Shown piece after piece: positions 12,590 through 25,890 of a DNA stretch of 60,000 bases (position 1 is the first letter of the stretch; each line of letters opens with the position of its first letter). The notes beneath the pieces were generated by a model. The model made no database searches, was not told where the DNA came from, and saw only the letters and a list, made by a program, of their open reading frames with translations. Position numbers and translations under genes: made by a program. Origin of the DNA: Camelus ferus (Eukaryota); NCBI RefSeq assembly GCF_009834535.1, contig NC_045697.1, positions 8,682,001 to 8,742,000 on the forward strand, read 5' to 3'.

Positions 12590-15500
12590 AGGACTTTTGG
12601 TTTCATGTAAAGAGCTTAGAAGTCATCACATCTGTCCTTATAAGTAAGAAAAAAGTTGGATAAACTGAAAATCAATCACTTTTCTTGGACACAACAGAGA
12701 ATTAAGTCTGAATGGCAAATTGCTACCCTGAAATCTGAAGAGACAGGCAAATTCAGAGTCATAGCCAAAATCTGCTTACTTGGAACAAAAGCCACTAGAG
12801 TCAGTAAACAGTAGAAATATTTAAATGGTAATTTTGACGAACTGCTGGAGGCTGAGTGTGGTCTAGTTTGAGAGTGAGAAACTCCTGGGGGAGAGGGCCT
12901 TTGGACATACTTTCGTGGGTTTTACCTCTAGGAACCCCACAAGATCCTCATGGTAAAGAGTCAAGAAAAAAATCCCCTCACAGCTCTGGCACGGGGAGGG
13001 AGAAAGTAACTACTGTAAAATACACCCAAGCATTATTCATCAAAAAGGCATATTCCCCAAGAAAAAAGCCTAGTTAGAGTCTTCTATCACACGGGAGAAG
13101 GGCAGTTCCAAACTCCAGCCCCTTCTAGCCATCCTGTCTCACTTAAGTCGGAAAAGCCAAGAAATATCCGTGAAGGTCACAGCCCAGGGACACATATGCA
13201 CTAAAAGGCTATGACTTAATCCTAAGAGTATAGACTGTTTCTCCTCCTCCATGCTCCACCACACAGCAATAAGGCAGTAGATTACATGTGAAAGAGCTGC
13301 AAGACACAAACTTCAACTAAGGAAGAGCTCTCTGTGATGGTCAAAAAACACAAGGGAGGGGAAAAAAAAAGGACACTAGAGGAACCTGATGTCTCTAACG
13401 CCTAAAGCTTCAACAAACATTAAACATAAACCAACTCCTGGTCAAATTAACATAACACTTCACACTAAAGACCTATTTATTTGACTTCATATTGCTTGAT
13501 ACATCGTGTCTAGTTTTCAACAAAAAATAAGCATTAGAACCACATTCAAATATGAGACTGATTTTAGAATGATCAGACCAGGCATTTAAAATAACTGTGA
13601 TTAATATTTTAATGACTCCAATAGAAAAGGTAGACAACATAAAAGAGCAGGTGGGTAACATACACAAAGAGATGGAAACTTCGAAGAATAAAAAAAAGGA
13701 AATACTAGACATCAAAAATATACTATAACAGAAATAAAGAACGTCATTGATAGGCTCATCAGTAGACTGGATACAACCCAGAAAAGAATCACTGAGCTTA
13801 AAGATAAGACAATGCAAACTTCCAAAACTGAAATGCAAAGAGAAAAAAGAAAAAAGAAAACAAAACATCAAAGAATTATGGGACAATTCTGAATGGTGTA
13901 TCATACATGGAACTGGAATACCAGAAGGAGATGAGAGTATGGAACTTAAGAAATATTTGAAGTAATAACAGCCAAGAAACTGACAAAATTAAGACACCAA
14001 ACCACAGACCCAAGAATCTCAGAGAGTACCAAGTAGGATAAATACCAAAACATCTACACTTAGGAACATCATATATTTAGAATTTAGACTGCATAAAACA
14101 AAACACAAAGAGAAAATCTGGAGAAAAGGCAAGGGGTGGAAGCCAAAAGGAGGGAAGGAATACCCTATCTATAGAGGAACAAGGGTTAAGAATTATAGAT
14201 AATTTTTCATCAGAAACCATGCAATTAAGAAAATAATGGAGTGAAATATTTAAAGTGTTGAAAGGAAGAAAAGGGCCAATCTAAAATTCTATATGTAAAA
14301 TTATCTTTCATAAATAAGGGAGAAATAAAGACTTTCTCAGATAAATAAAAACTGAGGAAATTCATAGCTAGAAGACCTGCCCGAGAAGAAATGTTAAAAG
14401 AGATTCTTTAAGGAGAAGGAAATGATAGAGGTCAGAAACTCAGTTCTATGTAAAGGAAGGAAGTATATCAGAGAAGGAACCAGTAAAGATAAAATAAAAT
14501 CATTTTTCTTATTCTTAATTAATCTAAAATATAATTATTTCATAACAGTAACAATGTATTGAGTGATTATAGCATAAAGATACGTGAAATAAATGACAGT
14601 GATGCCATCAGGGGCAGGAGGAATGAACTGAGAACATTCTTCCATTAAATATTTTATGAACTATACAGGAAGCAATACAGTATCATATGAAGGTCAACTT
14701 AGATTAGTTTAAAATGTATATTGAAAACTCTAGAGCAATTGCTTAAAATGTTTAAGTATAATTCACAGGCTAAAAGAAGAGATAAAATGCTCAAATAAAA
14801 CCATGGGAAAGAGAAAGGGGCTGAGGGTGCGGGGGAAGCACAAGGAATAGAAAACAAACATGAAAGATAGGAACCCAACTATATCAATAATCACTTTTAA
14901 TGTGAATGGTCTAAATACACCAATTAAAAGACATTGTCAGAATGGATGAAAAACCAAGACTCAACTATATGTTGCCTACAGGTAACACCTTTTAAATATA
15001 AAGACATGGGTCAACATCAAGGGATATAGAAATATCATGCTAACACTAATGAAAAGAAAGCTGCAGTAGCCATATTTCAGACAAAGAAGAGTTCAGAATA
15101 AGGGAAAATCATGAGCTATAAAGATTGGCATAATGATAAAAGGGTTAATTCTCTAAGAAGACATAACAATCCTTTGTGTACACACACTTAACAACAGAGT
15201 ATCAAAATACACGGTGCTAAAATTGATAGAACTGTAAGGAATTCAAAATCCACAGATCCACTAGTAGTTGGAGATTTCAACAACTTTTTCATTGATACAT
15301 CAAGCAAGCAGAAAATCCCTAAGCTGACCTGACCAGCACTAACAATCAGCTTCACCTAACTGACATTTATAAAACACTCCATCCAACAATATGAATATTT
15401 ACACTCTTCTCAAGCTAGTACAAAACATTCACTATGACAGACTACATTCTGGGCCATAAAAATATATTAACAAATTTATAAGAATAGAAATCACATCAAG

Positions 15501-16155
15501 CATATTCTTAGATTACAATGGGATTAAACCAGAAATCAATAATAGACAGTTGGAAAAACTCTAAATATTTGGAGATTAAACAACATACTTGTAAATAAGA
15601 CATGATCAGAAAAGAAGTCTCAAGAGAAGTTTAAAATATCTTAAGCAAATAAAAATACAATCTATCAAAACTTGAAGATACAGCAAAAACAGTGTTAAAG
15701 AAAAATGTGAAGCATCGAACAAATATATCAGAAGAGAAGAAGTATCATTAATCTAAGCTTCTGCTTTAGGAAACTGAGGAAGAAGAGCAATTTAAACTTA
15801 GTGCAAGCAGAAGAAAAACTAATTAGAGCAGAGATCAACGAAACTGAAAAGAGGAAAACAATAGAGAAAATTAACAAAACCAAAAGCTGGTAAACTTCTA
15901 GCCAGGTTAACCAAAAAAAGAGAGAGAGAGACAAGAGACAGGGAGAGAGATCGAGACAGTCAAAGACAGAGACAAGAGTCAGACAGAGAGAGAGAGAGAG
16001 AGAGAAAGAGTAGGCACAAATTAATAATGGGTCATTATTCTATAGACATTAAAAGGATAGTAAAGGAATAATATGAACAACTCTACAGCCAAAAATTTGA
16101 TAACACAGATGAAATGAATCAATTCTTTGAAACACACACAAACTACCAACTCATA
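12590..16155 (+). mobile_element. Old L1 (L1M/L1MD-like): 5'UTR, decayed ORF1 and 5' part of ORF2, antisense to RAB28 in intron 3
   Basis: ORF1-like peptide (IKELWDN...GIPEG); endonuclease start at about 14880 (ITFNVNGLNTPIKR); A-rich plus strand; many stops and frameshifts. Confidence 0.88.
15919..16010 (+). repeat. (GA)n/(GACA)n low-complexity repeat inside the L1
   Basis: Directly visible. Confidence 0.85.
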
Positions 16156-18724
16156 CAAGCAGCCACCGACTCCCAGGGCCTCTATCCACCAGCACACCAA
16201 TGCCAGACCTCTAAGTACTCACCTCTTTGGGAGACTATAATATAAGCACCCTCAAAGCCCTGAGTCTCTCACCACATCAGTCAATCCAGACCTCTTGACT
16301 CCTTCCAGAAAACTATCAGAAAGCGTAACTCCCTCAGAAATGCAACACATGTTGGCAACAACTGAAGTCTGAGAAGAATCTACTGGAAACTGCTAGAAAT
16401 AACTGTCTCTTGGCAGTCTGGTGGCCATCTAAACCCAGCACCATGTCTCATGTTGCTGATATCCTCTTTATCACCAATCTATCCACCATTTATCCTTCTC
16501 CTATGTCTTCATCCCCAAACTGCCCTATGCTTCCTCTTCCTAATTTATTCTCCAACTGCTTCTCTTCTTCCCAAATCTTTTTGCCATGACTTGTGGAAAT
16601 CAGACTTCAAGTTTAATAAATCCTTCTATATCCTCAAATTCTTCATTAAGTTGCCTCCATTTTCTATGCCTTAATTTCACTTTTTCCCCCTGTAATTCTA
16701 AGATGGTACCTCTTCTCCTTATAAACCTCAAGACTTTCAATAAATTTTACATAATATTATATAGTACTTTATTTTCATCTATTTCACTTATCACCATATC
16801 TAATAAGCATGAGTCAGTAAATCAAATGGATACCATTTTCAAAGGAATAACTGATAGCAGTCTTGAAGGAACAAACACTGTGGCAACACAACCATAACAT
16901 AAGGTATTTCACAAATTTAGTTCTAAAATTTAACAGATACAGTACACAGAATTTAACCTTCCCCCAAAATGAAAGGTTCTCTATTTCCAAAATGCAGGTA
17001 TTTTCCCCTGATTTGCACAATAATCTACTTTAATTTTTAATTACATACAGAAATGAATTAAATCATAAAGACTATATAATAATCATAATAACATATACTT
17101 TGCTGTGTAAGTACAACCTGTAAGAAGGAAAACTAACGCGAGAGGTCTGTAAACACAATCAGTTATAAGTTGGCAAACATCCAACCAAAAAATTCATAGT
17201 AAAAGACAGCAGACAGTCTCAAGGAGTGCAACTTTGAGACGTGCTCTCTCCCCAGTTGTCACACAGGCACCATATCCTTTTGTCGCTGGTTAACAGGGTG
17301 GCTCATGTGTGTGGGACACTGGCACAAAACAGTAGTTATGTTCTACCTCACAAATGACTACACTTCATTGAGTTTATGCTCAGTAGGGCAGTGTTTGCAA
17401 ACCACTTAGATTCCAGGACGGAAAGAGCTACAAAAATGAAACATCCAGTCCTTCTCTGAGGTTTGTTATTAGCCTCTGTTAGCCACAGGTTACAGGGCAC
17501 TAAACACTATGTACTGTGTGTTTGCTCGTAACCGCTATGAAAAATAGCCTATAACATCTTTCTGAAGACTCCTAGAAAATTTTAAGTTAATTTAAAATCT
17601 GGGAATTTAACTGGGACATACTTCAATTCTTAGAACTAGTTCTTGACAAAATACCTCATTAACTCTTTCTTGGGTGTCAATTCAATTTTGTTTTAATCAA
17701 CGCTATTCAATACACTATCACTAAAATTTAATGCTACTGGCAGAAAAAAAAAGTGAAGAAGGTAAAATAATCAGTTTTATTTGACTTAATTTCAAGCCTA
17801 CAAATAGGTTTCTTTCTACACGATAAGAAGTGCTTTAAAAAAGAGATCTATAGCTTAATAGCCCAGATACATATAATTCTTTCTATACACATTATATAAG
17901 TTAGAGAACCTAAATTAAAATCCTAAATAATACATTATACTAATGTCTTCAAAATAGCTTGTCAAAACATTTCTGAAAGACTTCTATCCTGTAGCATGTG
18001 CACAAAAATCCAAAATATTCATGAGATAGGCAATATACAGCATCCACAACAACTCTAAAAACAGTGTAGATCCACTTTGAAGAGTAATTATATAATTACA
18101 TAAAGTTATTAAATGCTATTAAAGTGCTTATGAAAGCACTGTTTTTTTAAAAGTAACGTTTCCCCAGTTTATGGCAGTGAACTTTAGACAGAGCTTCTCT
18201 GGCCTGCTTAAAAAATTTACATAGAGTTTAACAAAAGAAACTACTCGTAAATGTACTGCATTGTATTTTATATATTATTTAATTTAGAATCTTTAGAAAG
18301 CAGAAAAAATTTAATTATATTATCATTAATGTATGACATCTCATTTTACCTTCTTAGAATTCCTACTTTCCTGGGACGATCTCATGAAAATGTTCATGAA
18401 TTTCCTAGAAATACTTTACTACACTGTTTTTTTTAATAAAACTGGGTATATGCTTTACAGAGATTGTTAAGTATAAACAATGTAAGGCACTGTCAAATGA
18501 GAAAAAAAACATGTACCTTCAAAACAGAAATCTTATGTGACATCCTCTTTCTCCCAAGATATGAAATACATTAGAAAAGAATAGAGACATTTTACTAAAC
18601 TCAAGTATCCTCAAAAAAAATGGAAATTTTCTAAATTTCTACAAATTTGCCCATTAACATCTGCTGACTTTAAGCAGATATGTACTAACATAAAACATAC
18701 ACTGCAAAAAATTGATTTGAAGGA

Positions 18725-18815
18725 CTTGGTCACACAACACTGTGAATGTACTAAATGCCACTGATTATATACTTTAAAAATGGTTAATTTTAAATTATGT
18801 GAATTTCATATCAAC
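18725..18815 (+). mobile_element. L1M 3'-end fragment
   Basis: CACAACACTGTGAATGTACTAAATGCCACTGA...AAAATGGTTAATTTT is typical of L1MB/MC 3' ends. Confidence 0.7.
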
Positions 18816-20495
18816 ATTAATTTTATATCATAATTTTGTAGTACTAATAAACTTTAAATTTATATAAGTCAAATAATAAAATTTTATACGATTTGAAGTA
18901 AAATAGAGGCCAATCCATAAGCATTTAGTTCCTCTAATTTTAAGTGAAAAAAATTTATTAATTGAATGTCATAGTATTATTTACTCTGAGATGTATAAAA
19001 ATCTTCCTGTTCGCCACTAACTCTTGATATATTTATAAACCATAAAAAACTATTCTATTTGACATTCAGAGTCAAATATCAGTTAGAAGCTTGACTGATC
19101 TAGTCTTCATTTTTTAAAAATCCAATAGGTGTCCATGAAGATAGATTTTAATGGAGCAAAGAGGACAGACATTGCTATCTTCAAATCCCATTTTACCAAC
19201 TAGGTGAATGAAACAAGGACTGTAGCTTCCCACAAGTCTCTGTCCAGCAATTTTACTTTAGTTTAATATCTACTTTAAACATAATCAGTTTATAAAACAG
19301 AAACAAACAACAATGAAAAAGCTAGCCACAAAAATCTGAGATATTTCTTTTAAGAGAAAAATGAACAGGCATAAAATATCAAGTCATATGTCACAAGTGA
19401 AAATGTTAAATGAGCAGAAAGATTTTCCAGAAGACAAAGAACAATGTAGAAGACAAAGCAAAGAAGGATTCTAGGAGCCAAATCTATGTATCAATAATGC
19501 AAAATAAGAAAACACAAAGGCCTTTATACATGATTAAGAACCATGTAAGCTTCATCCTTCTCTTAATATTTTAGAAAATAAGTCAAAATCCATTTTCCAT
19601 GCAAAATTAGAGCAGTGGTATTTGTTAAGCATCAAACTTCATATAGAAGAGTGCTCACTATTCTCTGTCTTCATCTTCTAGACTCACTTCTTATGAGCAA
19701 CATTGTTCCACATAACCAAGTTACGATCCTCCACTTAAAACATCAAATTCCAATAAAGAACTAAATGAGGGTTAGGAATATTATCCCCCCAATACCTCAT
19801 GATGATGTGAAAGATAACATACTAATTAAAAGTGGAAGAAAAAGCAAAAATAAACAGTATGTCAATTAATTAATTTTTAAGTATGTTAATTACTATCATG
19901 TATGTTTTCTACTTGTATAATTTTATTTTAAACCTTATAAATTATGTCTATATAAGCTCATGTTGCCAAAGAATTTTTGTTATAAAATTATTCAAGTGGT
20001 TTTTCTTACACATAGATTTTTCTTCTGAAGAGACACCACACGTGACTATCATGTTAAAATATTATATGTGCTTCATATATAATTAGCCATATTTAGTTTT
20101 CTAATACATTGATATATCTATTAAATCTGAAGAACTATAAATATTTAATAGACTAATTCATAGTACAAAAACATATAGACATAAATATGCTTTTTGTCCT
20201 TACAACTTAAAATAAAATTTTCCCATACTGTATTTTCATTCACTTTACATATTCTGTAAGTAGTCGATACAACCAAATCAGTTAATAAAAATCAAAATAT
20301 CATTTGTCACTGCATGTATTCAACTGCTGACAATAATATCAGTAATATAAGTAGCATATGAAGGCTCGTAGAGTCACCCAGTCCCCTGACCTAAGTCATT
20401 CCAAACGTGATTTTGGGGGAGGAGGAAAAGGAAAAGATCTGCACAAATCTAAAATTAGTCTCTCTACATATCAGACAAAAATCAAGGTAGAAAGA

Positions 20496-20549
20496 GCGCG
20501 CGCGCGCGTGTGTGTGTGTGTGTGTGTCTGTGTATGTGTGTCTATGTGC
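20496..20549 (+). repeat. Compound (GC)6-(TG)n microsatellite
   Basis: GCGCGCGCGCGCG followed by TG repeats with a degenerate tail. Confidence 0.95.
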
Positions 20550-20613
20550 AACTGCTTCTGTTTGTGAGGAGGGTGTTCACAGTACTGGAATAACCACAGA
20601 ATTCATTTCATAC

Positions 20614-20702
20614 CTGTGCTCCATAGATATATTTATCCAACATCTTTCCTCCTATTGTCTGTCCTCCTATGTCCCAGACTTGAAGGGTAACATTCAAGTT
20701 TC
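20614..20702 (-). CDS. RAB28: RAB28 coding exon 3 ([30 protein letters not shown])
   Basis: Acceptor ACTCTAG|GA, donor CAG|GTATGA. 89 nt. Contains the WDIGGQ G3 motif with catalytic Q72. Confidence 0.97.
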
Positions 20703-23700
20703 CTAGAGTATAAAAAAGTGAATATAAAAATAAGAATACAAAAAAAGTTAAGGAACATACAACAATCAAATACAGTTTCACAGAACATTAAGTCACAATA
20801 ATACACTCTGAACCTAATTTGCCTTTTATTGTGCACGTTCACATGGTCAACTATTTGGAACTGTGAGATACTGTTGTCAAAAGAGACCATAGTGGGGAAT
20901 TTAGTTTACACTTTACCCCATTTCCATGAGACTACATTTATAATCACCTTCAAAACAAAAGAAAATAAAGAAAGCTTTAATTCACAAACTTCTTAAATGT
21001 TAAAAAACATTTTTCCTAAACAGAGAATAGAACAATAAAGTACTTGTATGTGGAGTAAGGAGCAATTTAAAACTAAAAAGCGAACTTTATATACTAACCT
21101 ACCTTTTTGCACATAATGAATTTTGGCTCTAAGGTCTAAACTCTATAGGTTCTAAAACTCATAGGTTAATAACAGACTACAAAGATGGTCCCATAGTTTC
21201 AACTCAAATGAATTTTTAAATTTGAATGTTACCCACTATATAGAGTAGCAAACATAATTTTAAAATTACATGTTTTCAAATTTAACCCATAAAATATAAA
21301 CATATTTGATAGCCCTCTTCAGAACTGATGTAGGATACATACCCAGTACATCACTAAATATTATGATGCATTTAAACCTGTTCAAAGCATTCCACTGAAA
21401 CAAGTTTTAATGTGTGCTTCAAAGCCCTCATAAAATAGTGTAACAAATCTCTTCCCTATAAAAGCATTCTAAAACACTAAGAGGCAATCTTTAAAATTCT
21501 TTTGTCCATTTTGCAAAATATTTACTTGATAAAAAATTTATGAGACAAGTTATTCTCTATTATCAATGCAATTAGTGACAAAACCACAAACTTTAAAGAC
21601 CAAGTTCAATATGCTTTGTAGTTTAACATTTCAAACTATTTCTCCTAATAAAATTATGCAGTTTTCTCCAAAGGTAGACAATTAGTACCTTCAAAACGAG
21701 TTCCCACACCAAAAACGTCTCTCTGAAAAACATGCAAATCAGGAAAACTCAAAAACTTAGACACTAAAAAACTGTTCTCACTTCAAAAACAAACAAAAAA
21801 AGGATTATATAGACATGAATTTTCATACCAATGTAAAACACTAAAATTGGAGAATGTTAGTTACACCATTCACCTTTGCAACTGAAAAGAAAGTATGATA
21901 CTTACTGGATTAACCAGCCAAGTTTTACCCTTAACTCTAAGTTTTGTTGGGTTTGTATTACAATCTTTCCATTACTCGGATGTAGGTCTGTTCCATCTGC
22001 CAACGTGCAGAGGATTTACATGAGGAACTTCCATTAGCATTAATGAGAGCTACTGAAGTTTATCACCCGGCATCATTCCGACATACCCACACTTTCAACA
22101 CTCGCAGAGTAATGACCGAAATGTTCTTAAAGCTCTATGAATACAAAAACCAAAATGTCACAGACTAAGACTTATCCAACAACTGTGTAAACCCAATTTC
22201 TTAAAAATCTAAATTTTTCAATATTCAAAATTCATTCTCCTACAATGCTGTCTCAAATTAAATAGGTGAAAAAGGACTAGTCATTGCTACAAGTATGTTA
22301 AATAATTTCAGAAGCCCCTAGATAAACAGGCAGTATTCTATTCATTCTACTCACTAAACTCTCTGCTTACTTGAAAAAACAGTACTTAACGATATTACCC
22401 TTTTTAGAGTAAGATTTTAGGCAACACTAAATAAAAGGCATTTAATTCCATTTTCTTCAAGGCCAAAAACCTTACCACTTAACTTCATATCAAGAAATAC
22501 GAAGCTTTTTTCCTTTAAGTTCTGATATTTAGATCCTATCCTACCTATAACTTTAGGAACATGATCTTCATTACATGTTTTCAAATTCTGACTACATCAC
22601 TTCAAGACTCAAATCATTTATTCAACTATCTCCCACCTGAGAAGTTTATATTTATATGTAGAGGGTATTTTTAAAAATCTATACCTTTCCATATAAACAC
22701 TGTTTGCTGCTCTTGGCTTCTTTTTCTTTAATATATATATTCTAGTGCCTCAGATAAAAATAGCTATGCATTACTAGTAACCCACTGATTTACAATGCTA
22801 CCTCCAAAAAAGCCCAAACTTTTTCTATCACTACAGCTTCAACAAATGATATTAACATCATAGTTATTTTATGTATCTCAAAATATATTTCAACTTCCAC
22901 ATTTGAATTTTAGGCTTATTAACACATAAAAATAAAAATAAATGGGGATTCTGTATTTGGGAAAACAAAATAATATACAATTCAAATCAATATTCCTTAT
23001 AGTTCTTGCAAGCAAAAATGAAGTCTTCTAGCATATTTTCAAAATGACATGCCTATAAAGCTCTAAGAATTTTCAACCAATATTGTAAATTCTTAAAAAA
23101 TCGAGAATCCACCTAATATAAATTTGTAACTAATAAAGAAATTTAAGTAGGAAATTGTCAGCAACCTAATCCCAAATGCAAAATGCTAGAAAATTCCTGC
23201 TCCTCTGTAAGAAGTGACATTTAACTGGGGAAAAAAAATAAATAAATGAGGTGACAAAATACAGGTAAGTTGCTTTTGGTATAAATCAAAGCCACCAAGA
23301 GGATTCAACAGTGACCTTGTAAAAGTACACTTGGTGCCTTGGTTAACCTTACTTAAAGTGCTGCATAGTCAAGATGGAACTAAAAACACAAGTCTGCCCA
23401 CTTCTTGTACTAAAGACTTAGAAATCCTTTTCACAGTAGAACGCTGTTTACTGGACTGTACCCACAAGCTTCCTGAAAGTATTTTGACTAAGGCTCTTAA
23501 GAAGCTCTATCAGCAGAATCTCTGACTAACAGATACACTATTTCAAGCAGTAAAATCTGCACAGTGGTTGCATCCAGACTACACAGCATACCAGATCGTG
23601 AAATACACGAAAATGGATGCGTATTTGCAAAGTAACGACCTTGAAAACTTGCATGAAGAGAATGTCAATAGATGGACAGGAGGAATTACACCTCTAACAA

Positions 23701-25793
23701 GCTGAATGGACTGAAGACTTGCTAGAATACTAATAAGTATTAGATTCCCCTCGTGTGCTGCTATATCATGAATTCAATAATGCTGCCTAGAATGTTTTAG
23801 CAAATGATACAAATATTAATCGTTTGACACAATGAGTTAAAATTAAGGTTAAGGTATATAAAAGGTATATAATAAACCTTTTAGTTTATTAACCTCATTT
23901 TTTAAGGTACCTACTGATATAAAATCAAATTACACTAAAACAATTTTTTCCTACTGAAATTTCTACCACAATTTTGAGTCCATTAAGTAGAATAAGACCA
24001 ACTGCCTTCTTAAAAAAGGAAATTTTCTTCTGGAACTCTGCCCATAAAAATAAAAACTTAGTCAGGAAAATTAAAATGTATATTCATTAAGAGTCTACAT
24101 TTCCCAGTGTCATTTTTTAATGTAAGTACTTTCTAACTCTAAAATATTATAAATTTGGATTTCAAAAATAAATATTTTTTACAAAGTCATCAAAATTTAA
24201 AAATTGGTAGTATTGTGCAAAAGACAAGAAATTATCATATTTATCAGATATATAAAATGTCCAAAACCAGTCTTAAAATGTTTCTAATGTTTGACTAGGT
24301 GCTTACTCCTGTATTTAAGTCTTTGAGCTGAAAAATGAGAAAAGTTAAACAATATTAATGACACAGAAAGTTAGTGCTTTTGCCAATTAGTCTCAATACA
24401 AAATAGTCAATAATTAAGCACATACTGAGGTTCTCTGTGTACAACTGGCATCCCTAACAACACTGCTGCAAAAATAAGTTTTCAGTATGTATATTATGCT
24501 TTGTACTTCTCCTAGTGACTGCTGTAAATATTCTGAAAGCAGCATTAAACTACCCATAAGAGTAAGAATAATAAAAATGAGATTTTCACTTTTGAATACA
24601 TTAAAAGAAATACAAATAAAACAAAATACACATATCTGCCTCATTAAACCTCTTTCTGAACAATAACTTAGTAATGGAAAATTGAAATTCTTTTCTCAAG
24701 CTATATCTTCTATTTTATTTTTCCCTGGAAGCCAAGTACCAATCACAACAAAATATAAGAGTATATTACTAATGAGATATGCAGAGTAACTTCAAATACC
24801 AAGAGTCTTCATTAGCTGCTCCAAAACTTTCAGAGTTGTCTGATAGATGGGGTATTTGAGAGATCAACATCTTTCAATAATACTAGAATTTTTTAAAAAC
24901 CCCTTCCCACTATATCACTAACATTCCAATATATGAATCTGATACTACACTTGCAACCGTTTTTATTCAAATATACTTCCTCAGAGAGGAGAGAGATGGG
25001 CTGGTTTATTAAGCCAATCAAGATAAACTGCTTTTAATACTTTTAATAAAATACTTTAAACATATAATTTAAGCATCACATGTAAATGGACAGAGCATTC
25101 TAAAGCCCCAATTGTTCAGAAACTAACTTAAAACAGAAACCACTCTTTTTTTGTTATTATTTCCCTGTATTTCCCACAAAATGTGCTGCAACTGGCATCT
25201 AAATAGTTTCTTTGCATGGTGAACTGAAACATCTTGAATGCTCAAACTGTATTTTTATGAGTGCCTGGGGACCCTAAATTTTAGTGGTCTATTAAATGCC
25301 AGCAATTTCATGCTGCCTTGCATAAAACAGCATTCACATATTAGAGCACAGAAGTTCCATAGCTACATTATACTTCTGTTCCAACTTTCTCTCAAACAAA
25401 AAACTGAAGCAGAGGCTAATCAAAATAATATTTAAAAAAATAATCCTTTCCAGTCTTTTCACATTTAGTTTATACAATATCTGATGATAACTGCATGGCA
25501 TTTGAGTTTTTTTTTAACTTTAGAATTTTATAAGCAACTATTGTTTTTCCTCAAAAAATGTATAGTGGTCAAAAACAGTGGGGGAGAGGGGAGTATATAA
25601 ACTTTTTCCTCACTCCCAGGGACAGTATGTCTTCATGGCAGATGCTGAAGAAAGTTAACCTCCGTAACATAGATTTACTAACTACATATATTTTCACACA
25701 GAAACTGCCGCAATATTTATTTTACACATTACTGTTTATGTCTCTTATTGTCAGATATGTACAATTTTCTGTTAAGACATTTTAGTCTCTTAC

Positions 25794-25890
25794 CTGGCAA
25801 TGTTATCCTTCTCAAAAAGAAATCCAGTCCTATAGTTTGTCTGTACTGTTTCTCAAAAGTTTCTTGAGCAAAACACGTAGCTAAGGAGGT
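25794..25890 (-). CDS. RAB28: RAB28 coding exon 2 ([33 protein letters not shown])
   Basis: Acceptor TTTTTTAG|ACC, donor CAG|GTAAGA. 97 nt, continues the frame of exon 1. Contains switch I T44 and the Rab motif IGLDF. Confidence 0.97.

Noticed and set aside
13473..13965. 143-aa hydrophobic ORF and overlapping plus ORF
   Set aside because: Antisense and sense readings of decayed L1 ORF1.
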